A stretch of 64,000 nt of DNA from NCBI GenBank assembly GCA_041650995.1, contig JBAZJZ010000001.1:7891-71890 (forward strand), given 5' to 3'. The DNA is from Patescibacteria group bacterium. Its GTDB lineage: Bacteria > Patescibacteriota > Patescibacteriia > XYB2-FULL-38-15. The translations under genes and the position numbers were made by a program. The notes beneath the pieces are model-generated. The model saw nothing but the letters and a program-made list of their open reading frames with translations, ran no database searches and was not told where the DNA came from. Every line of letters begins with the position of its first letter. Position 1 is the stretch's first letter. Shown here piece by piece: positions 36,348 to 45,974 of the stretch.

Positions 36348-36758
36348 ATGGACTGCATTTTTTGTAAAATCATCAGAGGAGAATTGCCCTCGGTAAAAGT
36401 TTATGAAAATCACAAAGTGGTGGCCTTTTTGGACATTAATCCGGTGAATCCCGGACATACACTTGTCGTACCCAAAGAGCATTTTGAAAATTTGCTTGAC
36501 GGAGGAGAGGAAATTTTAAAAGAAATAATGATTACAATAAAAAAAGTGGCGTGGGGAATTACCAGGGCGTTTGATTTGAAGGGTTTTAATGTCGGACAAA
36601 ACAACGGCGCGATCGCCGGTCAAGTCGTTCCGCATTTACATTGGCACATTATTCCACGCTTTGAAAACGACGGTTTGCATCCGTGGTCAAGGACAAAACA
36701 ATATCAGGAAGGGGAGATGGCAGAAATCGGGGAAAAGATTAAAAAATTTATAGAATAA
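36348..36758 (+). CDS. HIT family protein (histidine triad nucleotide hydrolase/transferase)
   Basis: It has the HIT motif (VVPHLHWHIIPR) and an N-terminal MDCIFCKII. Confidence 0.85.
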   Translation: MDCIFCKIIRGELPSVKVYENHKVVAFLDINPVNPGHTLVVPKEHFENLLDGGEEILKEIMITIKKVAWGITRAFDLKGFNVGQNNGAIAGQVVPHLHWHIIPRFENDGLHPWSRTKQYQEGEMAEIGEKIKKFIE

Positions 36759-36772
36759 ATAAAAATAAAATT

Positions 36773-37786
36773 ATGAATTTATTAGTTTGTGGAGGCGCCG
36801 GATTTATTGGTTCAAATTTTGTCCGGCAAATGTTAAAAAAATATCCGGATTATAAAATCGTAAATTACGACAAGCTAACTTACGCGGGAAATCTGGATAA
36901 TTTGCGCGACGTAGAAAATAATCCCAACTACACTTTTGTCCAAGGTGATATTTGCGATTTGGAAAAATTAAACCAAGTTATTGCCGAGCACAAAATTAGC
37001 CATGTGATTAATTTTGCCGCGGAAACTCACGTTGACCGTTCAATCCATGGTGGCTGCAAAGATTTTGTTATGACAAATACGCTCGGTGTGCAGATGATTT
37101 TAGACGCCGTGCGAGCCAATAATATAGAAAAATTTGTAAATGTTTCAACCGATGAAGTTTACGGCGCGTTGAGACTTGATGAAGATAGAAAATTTATTGA
37201 GTCCACTCCGATCTGGCCCAATATGCCTTATGCCGCGGCCAAGGCCGGCGGAGATTTAATGTGTAACGCATATTTTGTCACCCACAAAGTTCCGGTCGTG
37301 GTGACTCATTGTTCAAATAACTACGGACCATATCAATTTCCCGAAAAATTAATTCCATTCTTTATTTTCCGCTTGATTAATAATCAAAAAGTTCCGGTTT
37401 ACGGCGATGGACTTTATGTCCGCGACTGGATTCATGTTACAGACCATGCTGCCTCTCTGGATTTGCTGCTTCACAAGGGCGTGCCAGGAGAAGTTTATAA
37501 TATCGGTGTTGATAATGAACGCAGCAACATGGAGATTACAAAGATGATGTTAGAAATTATGGGCAAGGGAGAAGAGATGATTGAGTACGTTACTGATCGT
37601 CCGGGACACGATCGCCGCTATGCGATTGATGCTTCAAAAATTTTGACTTTGGGATGGCAGCCAAATTATACGCGTGATAAATTTGAGCAAGGCTTGAAAG
37701 AAACTGTGGAATGGTACTTGGCGAATAAAGAATGGGTAGAAAAATTGCAAAAGCGAAAAGAAGAGTTAAATCCGCATATTAAATAA
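36773..37786 (+). CDS. rfbB: dTDP-glucose 4,6-dehydratase
   Basis: LLVCGGAGFIGSNFVRQML...NYDKLTYAGNLDNL...YAAAKAGGDLM is a high-identity pattern for RmlB. Confidence 0.9.
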   Translation: MNLLVCGGAGFIGSNFVRQMLKKYPDYKIVNYDKLTYAGNLDNLRDVENNPNYTFVQGDICDLEKLNQVIAEHKISHVINFAAETHVDRSIHGGCKDFVMTNTLGVQMILDAVRANNIEKFVNVSTDEVYGALRLDEDRKFIESTPIWPNMPYAAAKAGGDLMCNAYFVTHKVPVVVTHCSNNYGPYQFPEKLIPFFIFRLINNQKVPVYGDGLYVRDWIHVTDHAASLDLLLHKGVPGEVYNIGVDNERSNMEITKMMLEIMGKGEEMIEYVTDRPGHDRRYAIDASKILTLGWQPNYTRDKFEQGLKETVEWYLANKEWVEKLQKRKEELNPHIK

Positions 37787-37789
37787 TTT

Positions 37790-38203
37790 ATGGCAAAAGA
37801 ATTTAAAATTTTTGAATTAAAGAAAGTTGACACGCCGAAATTTGTGATGAGTCCGATGGAGTTGAAAGATTATATTGATTTTGAAGTGAAGAGAGTTTAT
37901 TTTATTACAAAGCCCCAATCTCCGACCGGGGCGCACTGCCATAAAGTTGAAGAAGAATTTTTTGTTTTGGTTCAGGGAACATGCACAGCAGTTATCGATC
38001 GCGGACAGGGTCTTGAGGAAATCCCGCTTACCGGACCGACCGGAGCGCTTTATGTTCCAAATTTTGTCTGGCATCATTTTAAAGATTTTTCCCCGGACGC
38101 GGTACTTTTGGCCTTGTCATCTACAAATTATAGTCCCGACCGGAGTGATTATGTTGAAGACTACGAAGAATTTAAAATAGTGAATCCTCATTATCAAAAA
38201 TAA
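37790..38203 (+). CDS. WxcM-like cupin / dTDP-4-keto-6-deoxyhexose 3,4-isomerase (FdtA)-like protein
   Basis: It is 137 aa with a cupin core (PTGAHCHKVEEEFFVLVQGTC...D) typical of FdtA/WxcM C-terminal domains. It takes the place of rfbC in the operon. Confidence 0.55.
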   Translation: MAKEFKIFELKKVDTPKFVMSPMELKDYIDFEVKRVYFITKPQSPTGAHCHKVEEEFFVLVQGTCTAVIDRGQGLEEIPLTGPTGALYVPNFVWHHFKDFSPDAVLLALSSTNYSPDRSDYVEDYEEFKIVNPHYQK

Positions 38204-38426
38204 ATTATAAATATATGCGAGAAGGAATAAATCCGGAAAGAGAAAAAGAGAGAATAAGAGAACGTTTTCGAAGTTTAGAGGGCATGATTTTAAGAGGAGG
38301 AAAACAGGGTGAAGACGCAAAAAAGGCGTTATTTAGAGAATTTGGTTCCCAGGTTTTGGGGATTATTGTAGAATTGGAGAGGGAAGCAAAGAAAAAGAAA
38401 AGATAATTAGTTTGGATTAAACAAAA

Positions 38427-38447
38427 ACGGCCGGGTGGCCGTTTTTT
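38427..38447 (+). terminator. rho-independent terminator after the fdtA-like gene
   Basis: ACGGCCGGGTGGCCGTTTTTT. Confidence 0.7.
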
Positions 38448-38531
38448 AGTATTGACATTTTTCAGTTTTTGTTTTAATTTATTTGTATCAGCAAGAAGCC
38501 AAAAGGTGGCTTCAGGGAAGGAGAAGAAGGA

Positions 38532-39119
38532 ATGAAAGAGACCATCACCTTGGCGGAGGCGCGCAAGCGCTTGGGCGAGAATGTCGTCGTCTGTCTCGAG
38601 CCCGATGCGGTCCGCGAGAAGAAGGTCACGGAGAACAAGGCGGCCGAGCTCTGGATTTTCGATCCGGCTACCGGATGGAGCTGCCGGGGCGACGGCAAAT
38701 TCCACGACGCCCGCTACGTGGATCGCGGCGGCTGGGGACAGATCGCGCTCTACGAGGAGCCGAACGTGCCGCAGCCGGAGGACGGTAGTCCGCGCGTTGT
38801 GGGCCATGTCGTGATCGAGATGAACAGGTACGGCGCGCCGCGGGTGCGGGTGCGGAGGACCAAGGGTCTGAATGGCGAGGTCTTGGAACTGAAGCCGTCC
38901 AGTATCTCCAAGGGAGAATTGGCCGACAAGGGCAAGCTCGTCGGTACGTTCTACGATTCGAACTTCGTCGAGTCGAACCCCCAGCGCATCATGGGGATGA
39001 TAGCCATCTATCTCGTGAATGCTGACTTCCCGGACGAAGAGGGCATGACTCCGGACGAGTTCCGGAGGCAGTCCACCGACGGTCGCTCGCTTTCGGCCTT
39101 GGCCAAGGCCGGGCTGTAG
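38532..39119 (+). CDS. hypothetical protein (195 aa) encoded by a GC-rich (~65 %GC, strongly GC3-biased) foreign insert
   Basis: It has a strong RBS (GGAAGGAGAAGAAGGA-ATG), an upstream TTGACA, and its own terminator (39174-39207). Its codon usage is unlike every neighbouring gene. There is no motif recognisable from sequence alone. Confidence 0.55.
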   Translation: MKETITLAEARKRLGENVVVCLEPDAVREKKVTENKAAELWIFDPATGWSCRGDGKFHDARYVDRGGWGQIALYEEPNVPQPEDGSPRVVGHVVIEMNRYGAPRVRVRRTKGLNGEVLELKPSSISKGELADKGKLVGTFYDSNFVESNPQRIMGMIAIYLVNADFPDEEGMTPDEFRRQSTDGRSLSALAKAGL

Positions 39120-39173
39120 TCGTCCGTGGCCTGATCCGGGCAAGAACAAGGAGGAAGAACACTACACCGTTTT

Positions 39174-39207
39174 GGCAACTAGCAGTTGCCGAGGCGGTGT
39201 CTTTTTT
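39174..39207 (+). terminator. rho-independent terminator of the GC-rich insert
   Basis: GGCAACTagcAGTTGCCgaggcggtgtCTTTTTTATT. Confidence 0.6.
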
Positions 39208-39283
39208 ATTGTTAAGGATTGACGAAAAGCAGCGATTTTAGTAAAGTAGAAAGAGTAGTAAAATGTTAAAATTTAGCTTAAAT

Positions 39284-40126
39284 ATGAAGGTTTTAATCAT
39301 TGGGGCAAAGGGGATGTTGGGGCAAGAGTTAGCGCGGGAATTTAGCGGAAACGGCTATGAGGTTTTGACGTGGGATAAAGAGGAAATTGATATTACAAAA
39401 AAAGATTTAGTTTTGGAAAAAATAAAATCTGCGAGGCCAGAAATTATTATTAACGCCGCGGCTTATAATGCGGTGGATAAAATTGAAGAGGGAGAGAAAG
39501 ATTTGGCTGAAGCGGTTAATGGTTATGCTGTTGGGAATTTATCTTTAACAGCCGAGGTGGTTGGCGCGATTTTGGTTCATTATAGCACCGACTATGTTTT
39601 TGACGGAAAAGAGATTGATGGTTATAAAGAAGATGACGAGCCAAGACCGCAAAGCGTGTACGCCGCGTCAAAACTTTTGGGAGAAGGGCAATTGAAAAAT
39701 GAAAAATATTATTTGATAAGAACCTCGCGGTTGTTTGGCAAACCGGCAACAAGCGAAGGAGCAAAGAAAAGTTTTGTTGATGTAATGTTAAAATGCGCCG
39801 AGGAAAAAGATTGTCTGGAATTGGTTGATGAAGAAGTGAGTTCGCCGACTTATGTTTTGGATCTCGCGAAACGAACGAGAGAAATTATTGAATGGGAAAA
39901 ACCGTTTGGCATTTATCACGTAACGAACTCCGGCTGCTGCACCTGGTACGGTTGGGCCAAGAAGACATTTGAATTATCCGGAAAAAGTATTAAATTGGCG
40001 CCGGTTGGCGCCGAGAGATTTCCTCGTCCCGCCAAGAGGCCAAAATATTCGGTTTTGTTAAATACCAAACTTCCGCCAATGCGAAAATGGGAAGAAGCGT
40101 TGTTGGATTATCTAAAAACGAAATAA
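39284..40126 (+). CDS. rfbD: dTDP-4-dehydrorhamnose reductase (alternative start at 39263)
   Basis: MKVLIIGAKGMLGQEL...YNAVDKIEE...YAASKLLGE is an RmlD-type SDR. Confidence 0.8.
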   Translation: MKVLIIGAKGMLGQELAREFSGNGYEVLTWDKEEIDITKKDLVLEKIKSARPEIIINAAAYNAVDKIEEGEKDLAEAVNGYAVGNLSLTAEVVGAILVHYSTDYVFDGKEIDGYKEDDEPRPQSVYAASKLLGEGQLKNEKYYLIRTSRLFGKPATSEGAKKSFVDVMLKCAEEKDCLELVDEEVSSPTYVLDLAKRTREIIEWEKPFGIYHVTNSGCCTWYGWAKKTFELSGKSIKLAPVGAERFPRPAKRPKYSVLLNTKLPPMRKWEEALLDYLKTK

Positions 40127-40130
40127 ATTT

Positions 40131-41201
40131 ATGAAAGCCCTGATTACGGCCGGAGGAAGAGCAACAAGGCTCAGACCAATTACTTATACAACCAATAAAC
40201 ATTTGATTCCCATCGCTAACAAACCGATGTTGTTTTACGCGTTGGAAAAAATAGCAGAAACCGGTGTGAAAGAAGTCGGGATAAATATTAATCCTGGAGA
40301 AAAAGAAATTCAGCCGGTAGTTGGCGACGGCAGTCGCTGGGGTTTAAAAATTTCCTATATTGAGCAATCCGGCGGGCCGAAAGGATTGGCGCATATTGTC
40401 CGGAACGCCAAGGATTTTTTGGGCGATGAACCTTTTATTTTTTATCTCGGCGATAATATTATTTTGGGAAGCATCAAAAGATTTGTTGATAAATTTGTCA
40501 ACGAAAAACTTAACGTTCTTTTGGCTTTCGCCCGCGTATCTGATCCGGAAAGATTCGGTGTGCCAGTTATTTCTAACGGAAAAGTTCTCCGCGTTGAAGA
40601 AAAACCAAGTCAGCCCAAAAGCAATTTTGCCCAGACGGGAATTTATATTTATGACCACCGTATTTTTGACGCCGTAGAAAATATTCCACCCTCACCGCGC
40701 GGTGAGTATGAAATTTCCGATGCCAACACTTATTTGATTGAAAAAGGTTTTAATGTTGGTTATGAGGAAATTACCGGTTGGTGGAAAGACACGGGAAAGC
40801 CGGAAGATTTGCTTGAAGGAAATCAATTAATTTTGCATGATTTGTCAGATATAAAAAATGAGGCCGATGTGGCCCCAGGAGTAATTATTCAGGGAAAAGT
40901 AAAAATTGAAAAAGGAACTTACATTGGCGGGAAATCTCTGATCCGCGGACCGGTTGTAATCGGAGCGAATTGTGTAATTAATGACAGCTACATCGGACCC
41001 TATACTTCAGTAGGCAATAACACAAAAATCACCAATACGGAAATTGAGCACTCAATTATTTTTGATAATGCGGAAATAAAATGCGGCAAGAGAATTGTTG
41101 ATAGCTTGGTTGGCCATAACACAGTCGTTGCTTCGTCCTGTGATAGTTTACCGCTCGGCCATAAAATGATTATCGGCGATAATTCAATAGTGGAGTTATA
41201 G
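40131..41201 (+). CDS. rfbA: glucose-1-phosphate thymidylyltransferase, long form (nucleotidyltransferase plus C-terminal left-handed beta-helix)
   Basis: MKALITAGGRATRLRPITYTTNKHLIPIANKPMLFYALE is the sugar-1-P nucleotidyltransferase signature. The C-terminal hexapeptide-repeat region (IGANCVINDSYIGPYTSVGNNTKI) is typical of archaeal/CPR-type long RmlA. Confidence 0.8.
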   Translation: MKALITAGGRATRLRPITYTTNKHLIPIANKPMLFYALEKIAETGVKEVGININPGEKEIQPVVGDGSRWGLKISYIEQSGGPKGLAHIVRNAKDFLGDEPFIFYLGDNIILGSIKRFVDKFVNEKLNVLLAFARVSDPERFGVPVISNGKVLRVEEKPSQPKSNFAQTGIYIYDHRIFDAVENIPPSPRGEYEISDANTYLIEKGFNVGYEEITGWWKDTGKPEDLLEGNQLILHDLSDIKNEADVAPGVIIQGKVKIEKGTYIGGKSLIRGPVVIGANCVINDSYIGPYTSVGNNTKITNTEIEHSIIFDNAEIKCGKRIVDSLVGHNTVVASSCDSLPLGHKMIIGDNSIVEL

Positions 41202-41272
41202 CAGATTAATTAGTGATTGCTAATAAGTGATTTTTTAATAATCAGTTTACTCGTTACCTGTTACGCGTTACT
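41189..41272. repeat. heptad-repeat blocks (reverse orientation, TTACNNG x4, plus ATTAGTG-type)
   Basis: attagtg|attgcta|ataagtg ... ttactcg|ttacctg|ttacgcg|ttacttc, followed by the bidirectional hairpin cgGGAGTTcaaaAACTCCCttttt. Confidence 0.7.
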
Positions 41273-42427
41273 TCAATACGGGAGTTCAAAAACTCCCTTT
41301 TTGTTTCCGATAATACCGGAAAAATAAATGCTTTGCTTGGCTCCATCTACAAAAAAATTATTGAGCTCTTCTGGAGTTATAAGATCCAATACGTTCCTCT
41401 GATCGCGTTCATCAAGTTCAATAATTTTGATGGTTCCGCCAAGAAGGACAGCAATATAATTTTCATTAATCCACCCTATTTTTTTTATTTCCTGCCCATA
41501 ACGACTGACAAATATTTTTTTATCAGCGGAAAAGTCGTAAACCCAGATTTCAAAATCAATAGTATAGAGAAGTTTTTTTCCATCTGCTGACCAGGCAAAT
41601 TGGTCAGCCTTTGTTTCAAAGAGAGCTTCCAACGAAGTAGGGCGAACCACAGAAAGATTTTTTGTTTTTTGATCAAGGACGGCGACTACGCCGGAATATC
41701 CCGCCGAGACATCTAAATCCGGAAGAAGATGAGCGTCGGCGATATTTATAGGAACGCCCTTGAAAGTAAAATAAAAATCAGACAGTTTTTGATAGACTGA
41801 AATTTCATTATTTCCCGGATTTATCATAATATATTTATGAGTTTGAGGTGCCTCGGAGAAGTCAATAGTAATCAGAATTTTTTGGTTATCATTGCTCCAT
41901 TCCAAATTAACAATATTACTTTTTTCTTCAGAAATTCTGTAAATTAAACTGCTTTTATTATTTTTAAAATTTAAAAGCCAGATTTCATCTCCAGTTTCTT
42001 TTTTATTTAGGTAAATAATTTTTTCCTTGTTAGGCGCGAGACTGAATAATTCCGAATTGGTCTCTACAACTTCGGCGGGTAATGTTTTTTCAAAGAGAGT
42101 AATATTTTCCGCGAAAGTAGTCAGGCTGCTTTCTACGGGAAGAATTTTTTGCCAAGGATAAAAATTTTTCTTTTCAATTTTGATGGTATAATCATCGGGA
42201 AGGAGATTCGCGATTCTGGCTGGAGTTTTTTCTGTTCGTAATTTTCCGTTTAAGTAAATTTCTGCTCCTGCCGGATTTGATTTTAAAATTAAAATTCCGG
42301 TTTTTTGGATTCTGTTGGTTTGGAAATTATAACGATATCCAGCCGTATAGAGAATAACGACAGGAGTAATTAATAAAAATATTATGATGAATGCCAGGTA
42401 AACTATTCGACGGAAAGGAAGGGTCAT
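41273..42427 (-). CDS. PEGA-domain protein with an N-terminal TM anchor and a C-terminal beta-propeller-like region
   Basis: It has a TM helix (IVYLAFIIIFLLITPVVILYTAGY) and a PEGA motif (ILILKSNPAGAEIYLNGKLRTEKTPARIANLLPDDYTIKIEKKNFYPW). Confidence 0.55.
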   Translation of the reverse strand: MTLPFRRIVYLAFIIIFLLITPVVILYTAGYRYNFQTNRIQKTGILILKSNPAGAEIYLNGKLRTEKTPARIANLLPDDYTIKIEKKNFYPWQKILPVESSLTTFAENITLFEKTLPAEVVETNSELFSLAPNKEKIIYLNKKETGDEIWLLNFKNNKSSLIYRISEEKSNIVNLEWSNDNQKILITIDFSEAPQTHKYIMINPGNNEISVYQKLSDFYFTFKGVPINIADAHLLPDLDVSAGYSGVVAVLDQKTKNLSVVRPTSLEALFETKADQFAWSADGKKLLYTIDFEIWVYDFSADKKIFVSRYGQEIKKIGWINENYIAVLLGGTIKIIELDERDQRNVLDLITPEELNNFFVDGAKQSIYFSGIIGNKKGVFELPY

Positions 42428-42508
42428 TTTATGGATTGGGTTATGAGTTAAATTTACGAAGTTTTATCTTGATATTTTGAAGCAATAACGCTATACTAAA
42501 ATAATTAT

Positions 42509-43762
42509 ATGTCCAAATTTATCATTGAGGGCGGTAAACCAATAAACGGAAAAATTAGAGCTTCTGGCATGAAAAACGCGGCGACTCCGATTATCGCGGC
42601 GGCTCTTTTGACTTCTGAAGAATGTGTAATTTCAAATGTCCCGAAAATTTCCGATGTACTGCGAATGCTTGAGATTTTGAAAAGTTTGGGAGCGAGCGTG
42701 GAATGGACAGGGGATCATGAAGTAACGATTTGCGCAAAAAATGTTGATATAAAATTACTTGATGAAAAATTGGTTAAAAGTATGCGTTCGTCAATTCTTT
42801 TTTTGGGGCCGCTTTTAGCCAGATTTAGAAGAGTAACGATTCCCGAACCAGGAGGTTGTATTATTGGCAACCGTCCGCCAGACACGCATTTTTACGCCCT
42901 GGAAAAAATAGGCGCAAAAGTTACAAGAGAAAATGGACATTTTTGCCTGGAGACAGACGGTCTTATTGGTTCCCTTATCATTTTACCAGAATTTTCTGTT
43001 ACAGCAACAGAGAATCTTTTGATGGCCGCTTCTTTGGCCAAGGGTGAAACAGAGGTGCACCTGGCCGCTGCTGAGCCGCATGTTCAGGATTTGATAAAAT
43101 TTTTAACGAACATGGGAGCAAAAATTTCCGGCGCGGGCACTCACACTCTTAAAATTTCAGGTGTGGAAAAATTGCACGGTGCGTGTCACACTTTGATTCC
43201 CGATCAGATTGAAATTGGGACTTTGGCCGTGGCTGCGGCCGTGTCTGGCGGTGAGGTCACAATCGAAAATATTATCCCGGAACATCTTGAAATAATTTTA
43301 CTTAAATTAGAAGAGGCAAGCGTGAATTTGGAAGTCGGCAAGGATTATTTAAAAATTAAACCGTCAAAACGTTTGCGAGCTTTCCGTTTACAAACTTTGC
43401 CATACCCGGGTTTTCCAACCGACCTACAGGCGCCATTTGGAGTTTTAGCGACGCAATGTCAAGGAACGACTTTAATTGCCGATCCGCTTTTTGAAGGAAG
43501 AATGGGTTATGTCAGTGAACTTATAAAAATGGGGGCAAATGCCATCGTTGCCGATCCCCACCGCGTAATTATCACCGGTCCGACTCCGCTTGTCGGCCAA
43601 GAAATAAAAAGTTTTGATTTGCGCGCCGGCGCGACATTGATTATTGCCGGGCTCATAGCTTCTGGACAAACGATTATTAACGAGGCGGAAATTGTTGACC
43701 GAGGGTATGAGAGAATTGACGAAAGGCTCCGGGAGCTCGGTGCGGATATTAAAAGAGTTTAA
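42509..43762 (+). CDS. murA: UDP-N-acetylglucosamine 1-carboxyvinyltransferase
   Basis: FIIEGGKPINGKIRASGMKNAATPIIAAALLTSE...; 417 aa; full-length EPSP-synthase-fold MurA. Confidence 0.9.
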   Translation: MSKFIIEGGKPINGKIRASGMKNAATPIIAAALLTSEECVISNVPKISDVLRMLEILKSLGASVEWTGDHEVTICAKNVDIKLLDEKLVKSMRSSILFLGPLLARFRRVTIPEPGGCIIGNRPPDTHFYALEKIGAKVTRENGHFCLETDGLIGSLIILPEFSVTATENLLMAASLAKGETEVHLAAAEPHVQDLIKFLTNMGAKISGAGTHTLKISGVEKLHGACHTLIPDQIEIGTLAVAAAVSGGEVTIENIIPEHLEIILLKLEEASVNLEVGKDYLKIKPSKRLRAFRLQTLPYPGFPTDLQAPFGVLATQCQGTTLIADPLFEGRMGYVSELIKMGANAIVADPHRVIITGPTPLVGQEIKSFDLRAGATLIIAGLIASGQTIINEAEIVDRGYERIDERLRELGADIKRV

Positions 43763-43777
43763 AAATTTAAAATATTT

Positions 43778-45028
43778 ATGATATATAAATTTCCCGAAAG
43801 ATATAAATTTATTTTTAGGTACACCGCGATCTACGTCGTGGTAACTTTGGTTTTGGGAGGATTTTTGGGCGGCATGGCCTTGGGAGCGCGGCAGGGACGC
43901 GTCGGGGCGGAAAAAGAATTTTACGGCGGGGAAATTAAAAATGAAAAAAAAGTTTCGGAATATTTATCTAAAGATATTGATTTTAATCTTTTTTGGGAAG
44001 TCTGGAATTTAGCAAAAACCAATTACGTTCATCAGCCGGTCCGAGACACGGAACTTTTTTACGGAGCTCTTTCGGGAATTATTTCTTCCCTTGGTGACCC
44101 ATATTCTGTTTTTTTTGATCCAGAAACAGCGGCGGATTTTAAACAAGAGTTGGAGGGAACTTTTTCCGGAATTGGCGCCGAACTTGGCATAAAAAAGAAT
44201 CAGCTTACCATTATTGCGCCGTTGCCCGATACACCGGCCGAAAGAGTTGGTCTTAAGGCGGGCGACCAGATTTTATCTATTGACGGCCGCGATACGACTG
44301 ACATGGCATTAGATTATGCTGTGAGTATTATTCGCGGAGAAAAAGGCACGGATGTTACTTTAACAATTTGGCGTGAAGGCTGGGATAAAATAAGAGATTT
44401 TAAGATTACGCGTGATAAAATTGAAGTTGCGAGTGTCAAATGGGAAATGAAGGATGGCATCGCTTATATTGAAATTAATCATTTTAACGAAGACACTTCA
44501 AGAAGATTTAATCAGGCCGTGATAGAACTTCTCGCAAAAAATCCCAAAGGTTTAATTTTAGATTTAAGAAATAATCCCGGCGGATTTTTAAACACAGCCG
44601 TCGAGATTGCCGGCGAGTGGATTCCAAATGACATTGTAGTAATAGAACAGATGGACGACGGCAAAAAAAATGAGGAGCGTTCCGAGGGTTTGGCCCGGTT
44701 TCAAAATTTAAAGACCGTAGTTTTAGTTAATCAAGGTTCAGCTTCAGCTTCAGAGATCGTTGCCGGCGCTCTTCAGGATTACGAAAAGGCAACGCTTATC
44801 GGTGAAAAAACTTTTGGGAAGGGTTCAGTGCAAAATTTAGAACCGTTGCCCGATGGTTCGGCCGTGAAAATTACCGTGGCTGAATGGCTGACACCAAAAG
44901 GGAGATTAATCGACAAAGAGGGGATAGTTCCGGACGTGGAAATTTTTCTGACAGAAGATGATTACAACGCCAATCGCGATCCACAAATGGACAAAGCAAC
45001 CGAAATTATCAACAGCCCAACGGAGTAA
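43778..45028 (+). CDS. ctpA: carboxyl-terminal processing protease (S41 family) with a PDZ domain
   Basis: It has an N-terminal TM, a PDZ domain (GLKAGDQILSIDGRDT), and the S41 catalytic region (LVNQGSASASEIVAGALQDYEKATLIGEKTFGKGSVQ). Confidence 0.85.
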   Translation: MIYKFPERYKFIFRYTAIYVVVTLVLGGFLGGMALGARQGRVGAEKEFYGGEIKNEKKVSEYLSKDIDFNLFWEVWNLAKTNYVHQPVRDTELFYGALSGIISSLGDPYSVFFDPETAADFKQELEGTFSGIGAELGIKKNQLTIIAPLPDTPAERVGLKAGDQILSIDGRDTTDMALDYAVSIIRGEKGTDVTLTIWREGWDKIRDFKITRDKIEVASVKWEMKDGIAYIEINHFNEDTSRRFNQAVIELLAKNPKGLILDLRNNPGGFLNTAVEIAGEWIPNDIVVIEQMDDGKKNEERSEGLARFQNLKTVVLVNQGSASASEIVAGALQDYEKATLIGEKTFGKGSVQNLEPLPDGSAVKITVAEWLTPKGRLIDKEGIVPDVEIFLTEDDYNANRDPQMDKATEIINSPTE

Positions 45029-45075
45029 AAACCAAAAAAGAGGCTTATCACCTCTTTTTTGGTTTCAAGGTTTAA

Positions 45076-45345
45076 TTAAGCGAAGGTGTTTTGATAGTGG
45101 GCGTCGACTTTTGCCTTTGCTTGTATTGTGCGAGTGCAGTCCGGTTCATGAGCTCCACATTTTGCGCAAAGATACCAATCACAAGAACGGCAGGTAGAAG
45201 AAAATCTTCCGTCAATCGGTTCGCCGCAATTCCAGCAATGGGTTATTTCCCATTCGCTGCCGCAAGCGGGGCAGGACATTGTGTTCCGAAGCAGTCCCTC
45301 GCCGCGGACGGCTCGTTCGCCGCAATAGCACAGATCTTGATTCAT
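45076..45345 (-). CDS. cysteine-rich zinc-ribbon protein (89 aa)
   Basis: MNQDLCYCGE...CPACGSEWEITHCWNCGEPIDG...CRSCDWYLCAKCGAHEPDC has about eight Cys in CxxC-like pairs. The ORF track's longer N-terminal extension is not supported. Confidence 0.45.
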   Translation of the reverse strand: MNQDLCYCGERAVRGEGLLRNTMSCPACGSEWEITHCWNCGEPIDGRFSSTCRSCDWYLCAKCGAHEPDCTRTIQAKAKVDAHYQNTFA

Positions 45346-45454
45346 ATGTTTAATCTTTAATTTTTTCCACCTTTTATTATATGTTTTTTTTATGACGAAA
45401 AGATGAAAAGAGATGTTTTTGCTTTTTAAATTTTTTGCTATAATGAAGTGATAT

Positions 45455-45901
45455 ATGAAAGTTATTCTTCTTAAAAATGTGGATAAAGTCGGAAAAGTGG
45501 GGGAAACGAAAGAAGTGGCCGAAGGATACGGTCGCAATTTTTTGATACCTCGGGGTTTGGCGCGGTTGGCTACGGTTGGCTTTGTGGCAAAAGTGGAAGC
45601 TCAAAAAAAAGCGGCGGCGGAAAAAGCAGTAAATGAAGAGAAAAAAATAAAAAAAATAGCTAAAGAGCTTTTGGGCGCGGAAATTAAAATCGCGGCCAAG
45701 GTTGGGGAGGGCGGAAAGCTTTACGGTTCGGTCGGGATAGAGGAAGTGGCGGTTGAATTAAAAAAGAAGGGGTTTGAAATAGAAAAAAATCAGATAAAAA
45801 TGGAAAAACCAATCAAAGATGTCGGCGGCCACGAAATTATGATAAAATTACGGGAAGGACTGGAAACAAAAATTTTAGTAAGGGTTATCGGAGAAAATTA
45901 A
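45455..45901 (+). CDS. rplI: 50S ribosomal protein L9
   Basis: [36 protein letters not shown] is the L9 N-domain signature. TGcTATAAT lies 12 nt upstream. Confidence 0.9.
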   Translation: MKVILLKNVDKVGKVGETKEVAEGYGRNFLIPRGLARLATVGFVAKVEAQKKAAAEKAVNEEKKIKKIAKELLGAEIKIAAKVGEGGKLYGSVGIEEVAVELKKKGFEIEKNQIKMEKPIKDVGGHEIMIKLREGLETKILVRVIGEN

Positions 45902-45974
45902 TCTTTGCAACCTGAAAGGTGTAACTCATCAAAACCATGAGTTATAAGTTTTAAGTTGTAAGTTTCAAGATATT

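Noticed and set aside
38205-39149. Long antisense ORFs (314 aa on the minus strand, plus 38483..38788, 38581..38814 and 38750..38935) overlapping the GC-rich insert
   Set aside because: High GC suppresses stop codons in all frames. Only the + strand ORF at 38532..39119 has an RBS, a sensible start and a terminator. The minus-strand ORF runs into AT-rich flanking DNA and has low-complexity ends.
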